Positions 18,525 through 28,227 are shown, counted from the stretch's first letter. The stretch is DNA of 64,000 nt from Bacillota bacterium (GCA_021811325.1 JAJZPE010000002.1:10157-74156); one strand, 5' to 3'. The notes: a model not told the origin generated them from the letters alone. Translations and numbers: made by a program.

Positions 18525-19571
18525 CTAGCCGACAACCTCGCGGAAGACGCGGAGGAAGTTGCGCCCGAGGATCTTCTCGATGACCTCCTCGTCGTACCCC
18601 CGGGCCAGAAGGGCCTCGGAGAGGGCCGGCAGACGGGAGACGTCCTCCAAGCCGTCCGGCGTCGCGCCACTGCCGTCGAAGTCCGAGCCGAGCCCAACAT
18701 GGTCAGGCCCGACCAGTTCCATCAGGTGGTCGATGTGCCTGACCACCGAATCGACGGACGTCTTCCCCTTGACCATCCGTCGGTAATCCTGCTCGCTCTT
18801 CGCCTCGAAACCCGGCGTGTCCAAGTTCACCAGGAAGCTCGGGGCGAAGTTCATCCCCATCACCCCGCCGTTCTTGGCCAGTGCCCGGACCTGGTCGTCG
18901 GTGAGGTTCCGCCGGTGCTCGCAGACAGCCCGCGAGTTGGAGTGGGTGGCGACGATCGGCTTCGTGCTGACCCCGAGGACGTCCCAGAAGCCCTCGTCGG
19001 AGAGGTGCGAGACGTCGACAAGGATGCCGAGGCGGTTGCACTCCTTGACCACCTCGACCCCGAAGTTCGTCAGACCCCCGTGAGTCCGGACCTCGCCGAC
19101 GCCGTCGGCGATCAGGTTGCGCTGGTTCCAGACCAACCCGAGGCTGCGCAGCCCGAGGCGGTGCAGGTTGCGCAGGGCCGCCAGGTCGTCGCCGAGGGCT
19201 TCGCCGCCCTCGATGGCCAGGACCGCCCCGACCTTCCCCGCCCCTTTGGCCGCCTCGAAATCCGCGGCCTTCAGGACGGGCACCATCCGGTCCTGGTTGG
19301 CCGCGAGTTCCCGGTGGAAGACGTCGATCAGCTGCATCGCCCGACGCAGGCCCCGGTCCGGCTTGTGCTGGGGCTCGATGTAGCAAGCGAAGAACTGGAC
19401 GTCCACCCCGCCCTCGGCCAGGCGTGGCAGGTCGACATGTCCCTTGGTTGACCGTTCGGCCAGGGTCCGCTCCCCTGACGCGATGCTGAGGAGGGTGTCG
19501 ACGTGGCCGTCGACGACCAGCGCCCGTCGGTGCAACTCGCGGGCTTTTGCGGTGTCCACGTTGGCGCTCAT
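18525..19571 (-). CDS. Membrane dipeptidase (M19 family)
   Basis: [27 protein letters not shown]...VWNQRNL...[18 protein letters not shown]...LGSDFDG are M19 renal-dipeptidase family signatures. The start was moved to the ATG at residue 48 of the track ORF, where GGGAG lies 5 nt upstream. The upstream 47 codons overlap an acyl-CoA dehydrogenase relic in another frame. Confidence 0.88.
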   Translation of the reverse strand: MSANVDTAKARELHRRALVVDGHVDTLLSIASGERTLAERSTKGHVDLPRLAEGGVDVQFFACYIEPQHKPDRGLRRAMQLIDVFHRELAANQDRMVPVLKAADFEAAKGAGKVGAVLAIEGGEALGDDLAALRNLHRLGLRSLGLVWNQRNLIADGVGEVRTHGGLTNFGVEVVKECNRLGILVDVSHLSDEGFWDVLGVSTKPIVATHSNSRAVCEHRRNLTDDQVRALAKNGGVMGMNFAPSFLVNLDTPGFEAKSEQDYRRMVKGKTSVDSVVRHIDHLMELVGPDHVGLGSDFDGSGATPDGLEDVSRLPALSEALLARGYDEEVIEKILGRNFLRVFREVVG

Positions 19572-19584
19572 CGTCCGTCTCCCA

Positions 19585-19683
19585 CGTCCCTTCGTAGATG
19601 TTGGCCCCCTTGGCGTTGCGAAGGTAGCGTTCCACCGGGTATTCGTCGGAATAGCCATAAGCCCCGTGGATCTGCACGGCGGC
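19585..19683 (-). pseudogene. Relic of an acyl-CoA dehydrogenase C-terminus
   Basis: Track ORF 18703..19764 (minus strand, frame different from the dipeptidase) reads [33 protein letters not shown]. This is the conserved ACAD C-terminal block (QIHGGYGY..EYPVER..RDAK...IYEGT). Homology stops abruptly on both sides. Only ~100 nt are preserved. Confidence 0.35.
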
Positions 19684-19805
19684 ACATGTTCCGGGCCCAG
19701 GGTGAAATCCACGAAGCCCTCCTCCCCATGACCGGCCCCAAACCCGCCGGCCTAGACTTTCCACGCCCTTCCTTCATTCCCTTTCACACTCGAAACTTCT
19801 GGCCG

Positions 19806-19832
19806 GAAAAAAACGCCCCCATCCGGGGGCGG
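19806..19832 (-). terminator. Rho-independent terminator downstream of spoVS
   Basis: On the minus strand: CGCCCCCGGATGGGGGCG hairpin followed by TTTTTTT (plus-strand AAAAAAA 19807-19813). Confidence 0.6.
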
Positions 19833-19866
19833 GTGGTTCTCTTCTCTTTGAGGGTCCCCTGGCGAG

Positions 19867-20130
19867 TTACCTGGGTGAGACGATGAGCTTGATGGCCGTC
19901 CGCTCCTGGCCATCTATTTCGATGTCTGTGAAGGCCGGGACGCAGACCAGGTCCATCCCACTAGGAGCGACGAAACCTCGGGCGATGGCGACGGCCTTGA
20001 CCGCTTGATTCAGGGCTCCCGCGCCGACCGCCTGGATCTCGGCGTTCCCCCGTTCGCGCAGGACCCCCGCCAAAGCCCCGGCGACCGAGTTGGGATTGGA
20101 CTTCGACGACACCTTGAGGATGTCGACCAA
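19867..20130 (-). CDS. spoVS: Stage V sporulation protein S
   Basis: The 87-aa product MVDILKVSSKSNPNSVAGALAGVLRERGNAEIQAVGAGALNQAVKAVAIARGFVAPSGMDLVCVPAFTDIEIDGQERTAIKLIVSPR is near-identical in pattern to B. subtilis SpoVS. The start codon is TTG, preceded by GGAGGAGG. Confidence 0.95.
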   Translation of the reverse strand: MVDILKVSSKSNPNSVAGALAGVLRERGNAEIQAVGAGALNQAVKAVAIARGFVAPSGMDLVCVPAFTDIEIDGQERTAIKLIVSPR

Positions 20131-20239
20131 CTTGGGAAAAACCTCCTCCGCTTGGAATTTCTGCTCGGCAGAGGATGAGTTCTCTCTCGGTCCACAAAAA
20201 CCTCCTGGCAGAGGAGCGAAAATCTTCCGATTACGGGAG

Positions 20240-20755
20240 TCACCCGAGTCCCAACAGCCCAGGTAGGTCCCCCGCTCCGAAGGACAGGGGGGCGAAGACC
20301 TCGCCCTCCAGCGCCAGCACCTTGGGCCAGCAGAGGTCGAAGGTCGCGGTGGTCTGTGGATACCGGCGCTTCAGGTCCCTGAAGCGCCCCTGCAGTCCGA
20401 CGTAGTCCCGGGCGACGAGCTTGTCGGCGTAGTAGACGAGCTTCTCTTCCAGCGTCTGCGGGGCCGCCACCGGGTCGAGGACGGAGTGGACGATGTGCCG
20501 GCGGATTGGCTCGACCAGTTCCGCGTAACCGCGTTCGGCGGCGATGTGCGCCGAGGTCGCCGCGTGGTCGGCGTCGCGCGGCGCCCCCGGAGCCTTGCCG
20601 ATGTCGTGGAGGAGCGCGGCGGCCCGGACCACATCCACCCGCACCGGCCGGCCACGCCGCTTCAACTCCTCCGCCAGGAAGACGGCTACCGCTGCCACCG
20701 TGGTCACGTGCGACCAAGCCCCTTCCGGGAACCGGTATTCCGCCAGCAGCTTCAA
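20240..20755 (-). CDS. HD-domain phosphohydrolase (HDIG-type)
   Basis: The 171-aa product has the HD motif AALLHDIGK...DHAATSAHIA. It lies between ymdB and spoVS. Confidence 0.7.
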   Translation of the reverse strand: MKLLAEYRFPEGAWSHVTTVAAVAVFLAEELKRRGRPVRVDVVRAAALLHDIGKAPGAPRDADHAATSAHIAAERGYAELVEPIRRHIVHSVLDPVAAPQTLEEKLVYYADKLVARDYVGLQGRFRDLKRRYPQTTATFDLCWPKVLALEGEVFAPLSFGAGDLPGLLGLG

Positions 20756-20825
20756 GCATTCAGCTTCTGAGGGGACGATGGTTGCCGCCTCCTTCCCGAG
20801 CCTTCAGGGCGTGTTCGGCGCCGGT

Positions 20826-21620
20826 TCAGACGTCGGCTTCCCGCAGCCGGCGGACCCCGCCTGCGAGCCCCGACCGGTCATCGAGGTCGATGACCACCGC
20901 CTCGAGCCGGGCCGGCGGCGGAGCCACCTCCAGGCGCGTCGGCAGTTGGGTCAGGAACCGCTGCAGGGCCTGGTCCCGATCGACGCCGATAACCGAGTTC
21001 ACTGGCCCGGTCATGCCCACATCGGTGATGAAGGCCGTGCCCCGCGGAAGCACTCCCTCGTCCGCCGTCTGGACGTGGGTGTGGGTGCCCACCACGGCGG
21101 ACACCCGGCCATCCAGGTAGTGACCGAAGGCTGCCTTCTCCGAGGTCGCCTCGGCGTGGAAGTCGACCACGATGAAAGGGGTCCGCCCGCCCAGTTCGTC
21201 GAGGGCCCTGGCGGCCGCCCGGAACGGACAGTCCACATAGACGTCGAGGAAGACGCGGCCGCACAGGTTGAGCACCGCCACCTCCCGGCCGTCCGCGGTG
21301 GCGACCACCGTGACGCCCTTCCCCGGCGGCCGGCCCGGGTAGTTCAGCGGCCGCACCACCCTGGGCTCGAGGTCCAGCCAATCATAGCCCTCGCGCTTGG
21401 CCCAAGCGTGGTTCCCCAGGGTCAGCAGGTCGACCCCCGACTCCAGGAGTTCCTCCCCGGTCTCCCGGGTGATCCCCTTGCCGCCGGCCACGTTCTCCCC
21501 GTTGGCCAGGACGAGGTCGGGCCGCTCACGTTGGCGCAGCTTCGGCAGGAGACGGGCGAGGGTCTCGCGGCCCGGCCGCCCGACCACGTCCCCGATGAAC
21601 AGGATCCTCAGGTCTTCCAC
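20826..21620 (-). CDS. ymdB: YmdB-family metallophosphoesterase (2',3'-cyclic-nucleotide phosphodiesterase, TIGR00282)
   Basis: The RILFIGDVVGRPGRE...LANGENVAGGKGIT...VVDFHAEATSEK...GTHTHVQTAD pattern is YmdB. The probable GTG start (MEDLRILFIGD) lies 13 codons into the track ORF. Confidence 0.85.
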   Translation of the reverse strand: MEDLRILFIGDVVGRPGRETLARLLPKLRQRERPDLVLANGENVAGGKGITRETGEELLESGVDLLTLGNHAWAKREGYDWLDLEPRVVRPLNYPGRPPGKGVTVVATADGREVAVLNLCGRVFLDVYVDCPFRAAARALDELGGRTPFIVVDFHAEATSEKAAFGHYLDGRVSAVVGTHTHVQTADEGVLPRGTAFITDVGMTGPVNSVIGVDRDQALQRFLTQLPTRLEVAPPPARLEAVVIDLDDRSGLAGGVRRLREADV

Positions 21621-21707
21621 CCCCAGCCAGGGTAGTATTCCCAGGGGCCGGCGGCACAAAAACGCCCCGCCCCAGGCGGGGCAGGGCCCTCGTTCACCGG
21701 CCCGGAG

Positions 21708-22166
21708 TCACTTGTTGAACACCAGGACCCGGCCTTCCTCGCGGAAGGCGATGAGGTTCTTGTCCGACCGCGATTCGCGGAGGTCCTCGAGCATCTGCTC
21801 GATCAGTTCCTCCTGGGCGGCCAGCTCTTCTTCCTGGACTGACTCGCCCCGGTCGACGACCAGGGCCGACGTGAACAACCCGCGGATGACGTCGATGGTC
21901 AGGGAGACCTCGCCCTGGCTGAGCGACCGCACGTCGCGAGTGACCTCGACCACGCTGACCTCACCGTATCTGGTCAGGCCGACCTCGGTGGTGGCCGCCT
22001 CGAGCCCTTCCAGCCAGGCGTAGGCAGCCAGACTGTCCAGGAGCCGGCCTTGGAACGCCCGGAACTCCTCTTCCGAGAGGACGCGGGTCAGGAGGAAGGT
22101 GAGCTTGAGCGTTTGCCGGCGGGGGTCGAAGTTGATCGTCGCCAGTTCGGGGTAGCGGACGAGCAT
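21708..22166 (-). CDS. Hypothetical protein (inserted between rny and ymdB)
   Basis: The track ORF 21708..22337 has GC3-rich codon usage. The likely start is the internal ATG giving MLVRYPELATINFDPRRQTLKLTFLL...; the N-terminal 57 codons look non-coding. The C-terminus is acidic (EEELAAQEELIEQMLEDLRE). No family was recognised. Confidence 0.4.
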   Translation of the reverse strand: MLVRYPELATINFDPRRQTLKLTFLLTRVLSEEEFRAFQGRLLDSLAAYAWLEGLEAATTEVGLTRYGEVSVVEVTRDVRSLSQGEVSLTIDVIRGLFTSALVVDRGESVQEEELAAQEELIEQMLEDLRESRSDKNLIAFREEGRVLVFNK

Positions 22167-22374
22167 CGAGATCAGCAGGCTCACGCTGTTGCTGGCACGC
22201 TCACCATCGCGGTTAAGACCCTGCACACCCTCGCCCCCTCGGTGGGCGGCCGAACCCAAGTCCGGCGCTCCGCCCCAGTCCGCTTTCCAGCCATGAATTC
22301 GGCGGTGAGCGGCCAAATCCTGCCCTTGGCGCGGCAAAATTGGCCCTTTCTAGCTGGCTTATCATTGTCGGTCC

Positions 22375-22412
22375 GGAAAAAGGTGAAGCCCCGGGACAGC
22401 TCTCCCGGGGCT
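22375..22412 (-). terminator. Putative terminator downstream of rny
   Basis: On the minus strand: AGCCCCGGGAGAGCTGTCCCGGGGCT hairpin, then TCACCTTTTTCC. Confidence 0.45.
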
Positions 22413-22443
22413 TGCTTGGCGATGGGCTCGGCCGCTTGCCGGG

Positions 22444-23943
22444 TCACTTGGCGTATTCGACGGCCCTCGTCTCGCGGATGACCGTGACCTTGATCTGACC
22501 GGGGTACTCCAGTTCGCTCTCGACCTTTTTAGTGATCTCCCGCGCCAACCTGATGGCGGCCAGGTCGTCGATCTTCTCCGGCTTGACCATGATCCGGACT
22601 TCACGACCGGCCTGGATGGCATAGGCTTTCTCGACCCCGTCAAACGAGTCGGCGATCTCTTCGAGTTTCTCGAGGCGCTTGATGTAGGCCTCGAGGGTCT
22701 CCCGCCGGGCCCCCGGCCGGGCCGCCGAAACGGCGTCGGCCGCCTGGACCAGGACAGCTTCGACAGACTTCGGTTCGACGTCGCCGTGGTGGGCGGCGAT
22801 GGCATGGACGACCTCGTTCGACTCGCGGAACTTCTTGGCCAGGTCCACGCCGATGGCCACGTGGGTCCCTTCGACCTCGTGGTCCACCGCCTTGCCCAGG
22901 TCGTGGATGAGCCCGGCCCGTTTGGCCACTTGGACGTCGGCTCCCAGCTCGGAAGCCATCGCTCCGGCCAGGTAGGCGACTTCAAGCGAGTGCTTCAGGA
23001 CGTTTTGGCCATAGCTCGTCCGGAACTTGAGGCGGCCGAGGAGCCTGACGATCTCCGGGTGCAAGCCGTGCACACCGGCCTCGAAGGTCGCCGCCTCACC
23101 TTCCTCGCGGATCTTGACGTCGACTTCCTTCTGGGCCTTCTCGACCATCTCTTCGATCCGCGCCGGGTGGATGCGCCCGTCGGCGATGAGCTTCTCCAGC
23201 GCGATCCGGGCGACCTCGCGGCGGACCGGGTCAAAACCGGACAGGATGACGGCTTCCGGCGTGTCGTCAATGATCAGGTCGATGCCGGTCATGGTCTCGA
23301 GGGTCCTGATGTTACGGCCCTCACGGCCGATGATCCGGCCCTTCATCTCGTCGTTCGGCAAGGCGACCACCGACACGGTGCTCTCGGCGACGTGGTCGGC
23401 GGCGCACCTCTGAATGGCCAGAGAGATGATGTCTCTGGCCCGCTTGTCGGCCTCTTCCTTGGCCCTGGCCTCGATGTCCTTGATCATCACCGCCGCGTCG
23501 TGCCGTATCTCCTCCTCCACGCTGGCCAGCAGCAACTGCTTGGCCTCCTGGGAGGTGAGGTTGGAGACCCGTTCGAGCTCGGCGATCTGCTTCTGGTGGA
23601 GTTCGGCGATGGACTCGCGGAGCCGGTCCAGCTCGCCTTCCTTGCGGTGAAGGTTCTCCTCTTTCTTCTCGAGGGACTCGACCTTCCGGTCGAGGACCTC
23701 CTCCTTCTGTACCAACCGGCGCTCGGAACGCTGTATCTCCGCACGCCGCTCGCGGACTTCCCGTTCGAACTCCGTACGCAGGCGATGGACGTCTTCTTTG
23801 GCTTCCAAAACCGCTTCGCGCCGCTTGCCCTCAGCGTCCTTGCGGGCTTCATCGACGATCTTGCGGGCGGCTTCTTCGGCGGAAGCGATGCGGGCTTCAG
23901 CGATCATCTTCCGGATCAGGAACCCGAGCCCAAACCCAACCAT
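22444..23943 (-). CDS. rny: Ribonuclease Y
   Basis: The 499-aa product has a KH domain ([38 protein letters not shown]) and an HD domain ([18 protein letters not shown]...HDLGKA). The C-terminus [21 protein letters not shown]...[12 protein letters not shown] matches B. subtilis RNase Y. The N-terminal membrane helix appears to extend upstream of the first ATG (see findings). Confidence 0.95.
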   Translation of the reverse strand: MVGFGLGFLIRKMIAEARIASAEEAARKIVDEARKDAEGKRREAVLEAKEDVHRLRTEFEREVRERRAEIQRSERRLVQKEEVLDRKVESLEKKEENLHRKEGELDRLRESIAELHQKQIAELERVSNLTSQEAKQLLLASVEEEIRHDAAVMIKDIEARAKEEADKRARDIISLAIQRCAADHVAESTVSVVALPNDEMKGRIIGREGRNIRTLETMTGIDLIIDDTPEAVILSGFDPVRREVARIALEKLIADGRIHPARIEEMVEKAQKEVDVKIREEGEAATFEAGVHGLHPEIVRLLGRLKFRTSYGQNVLKHSLEVAYLAGAMASELGADVQVAKRAGLIHDLGKAVDHEVEGTHVAIGVDLAKKFRESNEVVHAIAAHHGDVEPKSVEAVLVQAADAVSAARPGARRETLEAYIKRLEKLEEIADSFDGVEKAYAIQAGREVRIMVKPEKIDDLAAIRLAREITKKVESELEYPGQIKVTVIRETRAVEYAK

Positions 23944-24077
23944 GGTGGCGATTAGGGCGACGATTATGGTTACGGATGGAGCGATTTCAGGTACACCTCC
24001 TCCTCTTGGTGATACAGTCGTTCCCCCGTCCGGGGGATGAGGCTCTTTCAGCTTTCAGCATCATCCGGGAAAGCAAA

Positions 24078-24106
24078 AAAGCCGATGGGAATCGGCTTTT
24101 CAGGAC
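24078..24106 (-). terminator. Rho-independent terminator (bidirectional) downstream of recX / upstream of rny
   Basis: Hairpin AAAGCCGAT-GGGA-ATCGGCTTT is flanked by A6 on one side and T4 on the other. On the minus strand the stem is followed by TTTTTT. Confidence 0.55.
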
Positions 24107-24350
24107 GCGCGCACCACCACATGGTCATGTCCAGATCGGTCCGGTAATTCGTGAACCCGTGTTTTTGCCCGCCAATGTGACTGACAAAACATCAAGAACC
24201 GCCCCGGTTCCGAACATCGTTAACGGATCTATATAAAAGTGGTGCTTACGCGTAAGCCTTGTCCCACCTGATTTTAAACTTTTTCCAAGTCTATGTCAAG
24301 TTAAAAGTTTTCCGTCAATTAGTCTCAAGCCCCTTTAGCAGCCCAAACGG

Positions 24351-25037
24351 TCATGAGGACCCTCCCTCGCCCTCGTCCGGGTCGAAACCCCGTGGACGCA
24401 GGGACTCAAGGGCGACGCGCTCGGCCGTTTCGTAACCGAACCCCCGGCGAAGGAGGAAGTCGACCATCAGACGATGTTCCCGCTTGAGGATGGCCGGCTC
24501 GGTCGTCGGCGAACGCCGCCGGAGGCGCTCCGCGGCAGCCCGCCGGGCCAGCTCGAGTTCATCGGCCGAACCGCTGCTCGGGGCATCGACCAGGGCGCTC
24601 TCGACGGCCTTCCGGTCAACCCCACGCCGGGCCAGTTCCACTCGGAGGAGCCGGCGCCCGGCCGGCCGGGTGTTAAGACGCGCGTCGACGTAATCCCGGG
24701 CCAAACGTCCGTCGTCGAGGAGGCCGGCCGACACCAGCCTGGCGGCCTCGGCTTCAGCTGCCTCCAACGTGAAGCCCCGGGCGGCGAGACGTCGCTTCAT
24801 CTCGGCAACGCTGTAGGCCTGCCGGGCGAGGAGGTCAAGGGCGACGGCGTGGGCCGCCTCCCTCTCGGCCTCGGTGAGCCGGCCGAGGATGGCCGCCCGG
24901 TCGATGTCCTCACCTTCCCGCAGCCCGAGGAGCTTCAACGCGCGGCGCTGCACGGAGGCCAGAGGCCCAGCGTCGGTCATGATCAACACCCGCCCGCGAC
25001 GCTGGCGGTCGGCTTCGAAAGCGGTGACGATTGGCAT
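24351..25037 (-). CDS. recX: Recombination regulator RecX
   Basis: The 228-aa product has RecX-type three-helix repeats (ALDLLARQAYSVAEMKRRLAARGF...YVDARLNTRPAGRRLLRVELARRGV...). It lies immediately downstream of recA. Confidence 0.85.
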   Translation of the reverse strand: MPIVTAFEADRQRRGRVLIMTDAGPLASVQRRALKLLGLREGEDIDRAAILGRLTEAEREAAHAVALDLLARQAYSVAEMKRRLAARGFTLEAAEAEAARLVSAGLLDDGRLARDYVDARLNTRPAGRRLLRVELARRGVDRKAVESALVDAPSSGSADELELARRAAAERLRRRSPTTEPAILKREHRLMVDFLLRRGFGYETAERVALESLRPRGFDPDEGEGGSS

Positions 25038-25052
25038 GGGACGGCCGAGGGC

Positions 25053-26078
25053 CTACTCGGCGTCGTCGTCGGAGGCCCCGACGGCTTTCACGGAGCCCCT
25101 GGTGAGACCCTCGCGGACCTTGCCCTCGATCTCCCCGCAGACGGCCGGGTTTTGCTTCAGGAAGTCGCGCGTGTTCTCACGGCCCTGGCCGAGCCGGGTG
25201 TCGCCGTAGGAGTACCAGGCCCCGCTCTTGACGATGATGCCGAGCTCGGCGGCCATGTCGACGATGCTCCCCTCGCGGGAAATGCCCTGGCCGTACATGA
25301 GGTCGAACTCGGCCTGCTTGAACGGGGGCGCGACCTTGTTCTTGACCACCTTGACCCGGACGCGCATGCCGACGACGTCGTTGCCTTGCTTGAGCGTCTC
25401 GGCTTTGCGCACCTCGAGCCTCACCGAGGCGTAGAACTTGAGGGCCCGTCCGCCGGGGGTGACCTCGGGATTGCCGAACATCACCCCGACCTTCTCGCGG
25501 ATCTGGTTGATGAAGACGGCCGTCGTCCGGGACTTCGAGATCGCCCCGGTCAGCTTGCGCAGGGCCTGCGACATGAGCCGGGCCTGGAGGCCGACGTGGG
25601 CGTCGCCCATCTCGCCCTCAATCTCGGCCCGCGGCACCAGGGCGGCCACCGAGTCAACGACGACGACGTCGACCGCCCCCGAACGGACCAGGGCTTCGGC
25701 AATCTCCAGGGCCTGCTCGCCCGTGTCCGGTTGGGAGATGAGCAGGTTGTCCACGTCGACGCCGAGGTTCTTCGCGTACAGTGGGTCGAGAGCGTGCTCG
25801 GCGTCGATGAAGGCGGCCACGCCGCCGGTCTTCTGGGCCTCGGCCACCAGGTGGAGGGCCACCGTCGTCTTGCCGGAGGCCTCCGGGCCGTAGATCTCGA
25901 CCACGCGCCCCCGGGGGATCCCGCCGACGCCGAGGGCCACGTCGAGGGACAGGGCCCCGGTCGGAATGACCTCGACGGTCATCTTCAGCGAGGATTCGCC
26001 GAGCTTCATGATGGAACCCTTGCCGAACTGCTTCTCGATCTGCGCCAAGGCCGCGTCGAGGGCCTTTTGTTTATCCAT
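25053..26078 (-). CDS. recA: Recombinase RecA
   Basis: [28 protein letters not shown]...[16 protein letters not shown]...[37 protein letters not shown]. The start was moved to residue 26 of the track ORF (ATG preceded by GGAGGAGGAACC). Confidence 0.97.
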   Translation of the reverse strand: MDKQKALDAALAQIEKQFGKGSIMKLGESSLKMTVEVIPTGALSLDVALGVGGIPRGRVVEIYGPEASGKTTVALHLVAEAQKTGGVAAFIDAEHALDPLYAKNLGVDVDNLLISQPDTGEQALEIAEALVRSGAVDVVVVDSVAALVPRAEIEGEMGDAHVGLQARLMSQALRKLTGAISKSRTTAVFINQIREKVGVMFGNPEVTPGGRALKFYASVRLEVRKAETLKQGNDVVGMRVRVKVVKNKVAPPFKQAEFDLMYGQGISREGSIVDMAAELGIIVKSGAWYSYGDTRLGQGRENTRDFLKQNPAVCGEIEGKVREGLTRGSVKAVGASDDDAE

Positions 26079-26140
26079 GCGCCTGGTTCCTCCTCCGGCG
26101 TGGGACCGGCCGCCGGGCCGGGTGGGAATTTTTTCCTTCT

Positions 26141-26175
26141 CTGAGTATACCATGTCGACCCTTGGGAGGCAAGGG
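26141..26175 (-). promoter_or_regulatory. Putative sigmaA promoter of recA
   Basis: On the minus strand: TTGCCT, a 17-nt spacer, then TGgTATACT (extended -10). This lies ~60 nt upstream of the recA ATG. No Cheo-box-like GAAC-N4-GTTC was recognised nearby. Confidence 0.3.
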
Positions 26176-26199
26176 AGGCTCGCGCGGCCGCGCGCTCTC

Positions 26200-26766
26200 T
26201 CAGGTCGACCGGTGTCGAAGCGGGAAGCTCGCCAGGACCATGTAAACCGGCCCGCCAGCGGTCAGCACGCTGTGGTAAAGGCGCGTCTCGCCGCACTCGA
26301 AGGCGCCGAGGTCGGCCGGCCCGACCTCCTCCATCGCCGGTCGCAAAGCCTCGCGGTTCAACGGGCCGCGAACGCGTCCGATGGTCAGGTGAGGCGAGGC
26401 CGGGCGCATCTCGGGGGCAAACCCGGCGGAAGCCAGAGCCCGGTCGACGTCGCCGGCCAGACGCACGAACTGCGACGCCCCTTCGGTCAGACCGACCCAG
26501 ACCACGCGAGGGCTCCCCGGTCCCGGAAAGGCTCCCACTCCCCGCAGGACCACCCGGAACGGCGCGATTCCGGAGGCCCCCGCGAGAGCCCGGCGGACGC
26601 TCTCGACGCTGCCCTCCGGCACCTCTCCGAGAAACTTCAGGGTCAGGTGGAGGTTATCGGCCTCGACCCACTTGACGTCGGCCCGCGCCCGGCGGAGGCG
26701 CTCCTGGACCCGGACGATTCCGGCGACCAGCTCCGACGGCAGGGGGACGGCGACGAAGAGGCGCAT
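26200..26766 (-). CDS. thpR: RNA 2',3'-cyclic phosphodiesterase ThpR (2H phosphoesterase, LigT-like)
   Basis: The 188-aa product carries two HxT/Sx motifs (HLTLKFLG and HLTIGRV) typical of the 2H family. Confidence 0.8.
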   Translation of the reverse strand: MRLFVAVPLPSELVAGIVRVQERLRRARADVKWVEADNLHLTLKFLGEVPEGSVESVRRALAGASGIAPFRVVLRGVGAFPGPGSPRVVWVGLTEGASQFVRLAGDVDRALASAGFAPEMRPASPHLTIGRVRGPLNREALRPAMEEVGPADLGAFECGETRLYHSVLTAGGPVYMVLASFPLRHRST

Positions 26767-26806
26767 CCCCGAAAAACCCCTTTCTGCCTGCTTCGACGAC
26801 CCGTGT

Positions 26807-28108
26807 TCAAACTCCTGCGCTGGGCCCTCGACCGGCGCCGCCGGTCGTCGGACCGGTCCGCCGCACGCCCTTCAGGTGGCTCCAGAGCATCGTCAGAGCG
26901 GCGAAAGCAGCCCGTTCCCTGATGTGCCGCCGCCCGCCGATGAACTCCCAGCGCCGGATGTCCTCGCCGCCCGGCCAGAGCAGGGCGCCGTAGACCAGCC
27001 CCACGGGCTTCTCCGGGGTGCCCCCGCCGGGGCCGGCGATGCCCGTAGTCGCCACCGCCAGGTCCGTCCCCGCCACGCGGCGGACCCCCTGGGCCATGGC
27101 CAGAGCCGTCTCCTCGCTGACCGCGCCGTGGTGCTCGAGAGTCTGTCGGGGGACGCCGAGCACCACTGCCTTGGCCTCGTTGGCATAGGCCGTGACGCCG
27201 AGGCGGAAATAACCCGAACTCCCCGGCCGCTGCGTGAGCTGGTGACCAATGAGCCCGCCGGTGCACGACTCGGCCAGGGCGATGGTCAGGCCGGCCCGGG
27301 TCATCTGGTCGCCGACCACGTCGCTGAGGCTCTGGTCGTCGAGGCCGTAGATGAAGTCCCCGAGGCGTCGCCGCATCTCCGCCTCGGCCCCGGCCAGCAG
27401 GGTCTCGGCCTCGCCGGGCGAAGGCGCCTTGGCCGTCAGCCGGAAGGTGACTTCGCCACCCGAGGCCAGCGGGGCGATGGTCGGGTTGTCCTGCCGGGCG
27501 AGAATGTCCTTGACCCGGGTCTCGGCGTCGGATTCGCCGATGCCGCACAACCGGAGCACCCGCGAGACGATGACCGAGCGGCCCCCGCCCCACCTCTCTG
27601 CAAGGTAGGGGCGGACGTGCTCGGTGAACATCGGGACCAGCTCAGCGGGCGGCCCGGGGAGGATGACGGCGGCCTTGCCGCCGGTTTCCAGGAGGACCCC
27701 CGGGGCCGTGCCGTTGGGGTTCGGCAGGGGCTTCGCCCCCCTCGGCATGAGGGCCTGTTTGAGGTTGTTCGGGGTCATCTGACGCCCGCGGTGGGTGAAG
27801 AACTCCTCGATGGAGCGCCGAGAAGCCGCGTCCTCGACCAGGTCGAGGCCGAAGAACCCGGCGACGGCCTCCTTGGTCAGATCGTCGTCGGTCGGTCCGA
27901 CACCGCCGGTCAGGATGACCACGTCCGAACGCTCCCAGGCCCTGGCGAAAGCCTGGATGATCCGCGCGCGGTTATCGCCGACCGAGGTCTGGTAATAGAG
28001 GTCGAGCCCGAGCGAGGCCAGCTCGCGGCCGAGGTACTGGCCGTGAGTGTTGAGGATCTGTCCGAGGAGAAGCTCCGTTCCGACCGAGATGACTTCAACC
28101 GTTGGCAA
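26807..28108 (-). CDS. cinA: Competence/damage-inducible protein CinA (MoCF-biosynthesis + CinA C-terminal domains)
   Basis: VEVISVGTELLLGQILNTHGQYLGRELASLGL... matches the CinA N-terminus. The C-terminus is LTIALAESCTGGLIGHQLT...GVTAYANEAK. The likely TTG start (MPTVEVISVGTELL) sits after AAGGAAGG. The 27 upstream codons of the track ORF are unlikely to be translated. Confidence 0.88.
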   Translation of the reverse strand: MPTVEVISVGTELLLGQILNTHGQYLGRELASLGLDLYYQTSVGDNRARIIQAFARAWERSDVVILTGGVGPTDDDLTKEAVAGFFGLDLVEDAASRRSIEEFFTHRGRQMTPNNLKQALMPRGAKPLPNPNGTAPGVLLETGGKAAVILPGPPAELVPMFTEHVRPYLAERWGGGRSVIVSRVLRLCGIGESDAETRVKDILARQDNPTIAPLASGGEVTFRLTAKAPSPGEAETLLAGAEAEMRRRLGDFIYGLDDQSLSDVVGDQMTRAGLTIALAESCTGGLIGHQLTQRPGSSGYFRLGVTAYANEAKAVVLGVPRQTLEHHGAVSEETALAMAQGVRRVAGTDLAVATTGIAGPGGGTPEKPVGLVYGALLWPGGEDIRRWEFIGGRRHIRERAAFAALTMLWSHLKGVRRTGPTTGGAGRGPSAGV

Positions 28109-28227
28109 CGAGGTCGCCTTCCTTTCGCGGCCGAGGCCTGTCGGCCGGGCCGATGGGGTCATCCGCCTACTTCGGCGGTGGGGCGTCAAAACCTCCCCCG
28201 TTCAGTCTGCCCGAGCGTCGACGGGAA

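Noticed and set aside
26080-26200. LexA (Cheo) box upstream of recA
   Set aside because: I looked for CGAAC-N4-GTTCG and found only a loose GAAggaaaaaaTTC near the putative -10. This is not convincing.
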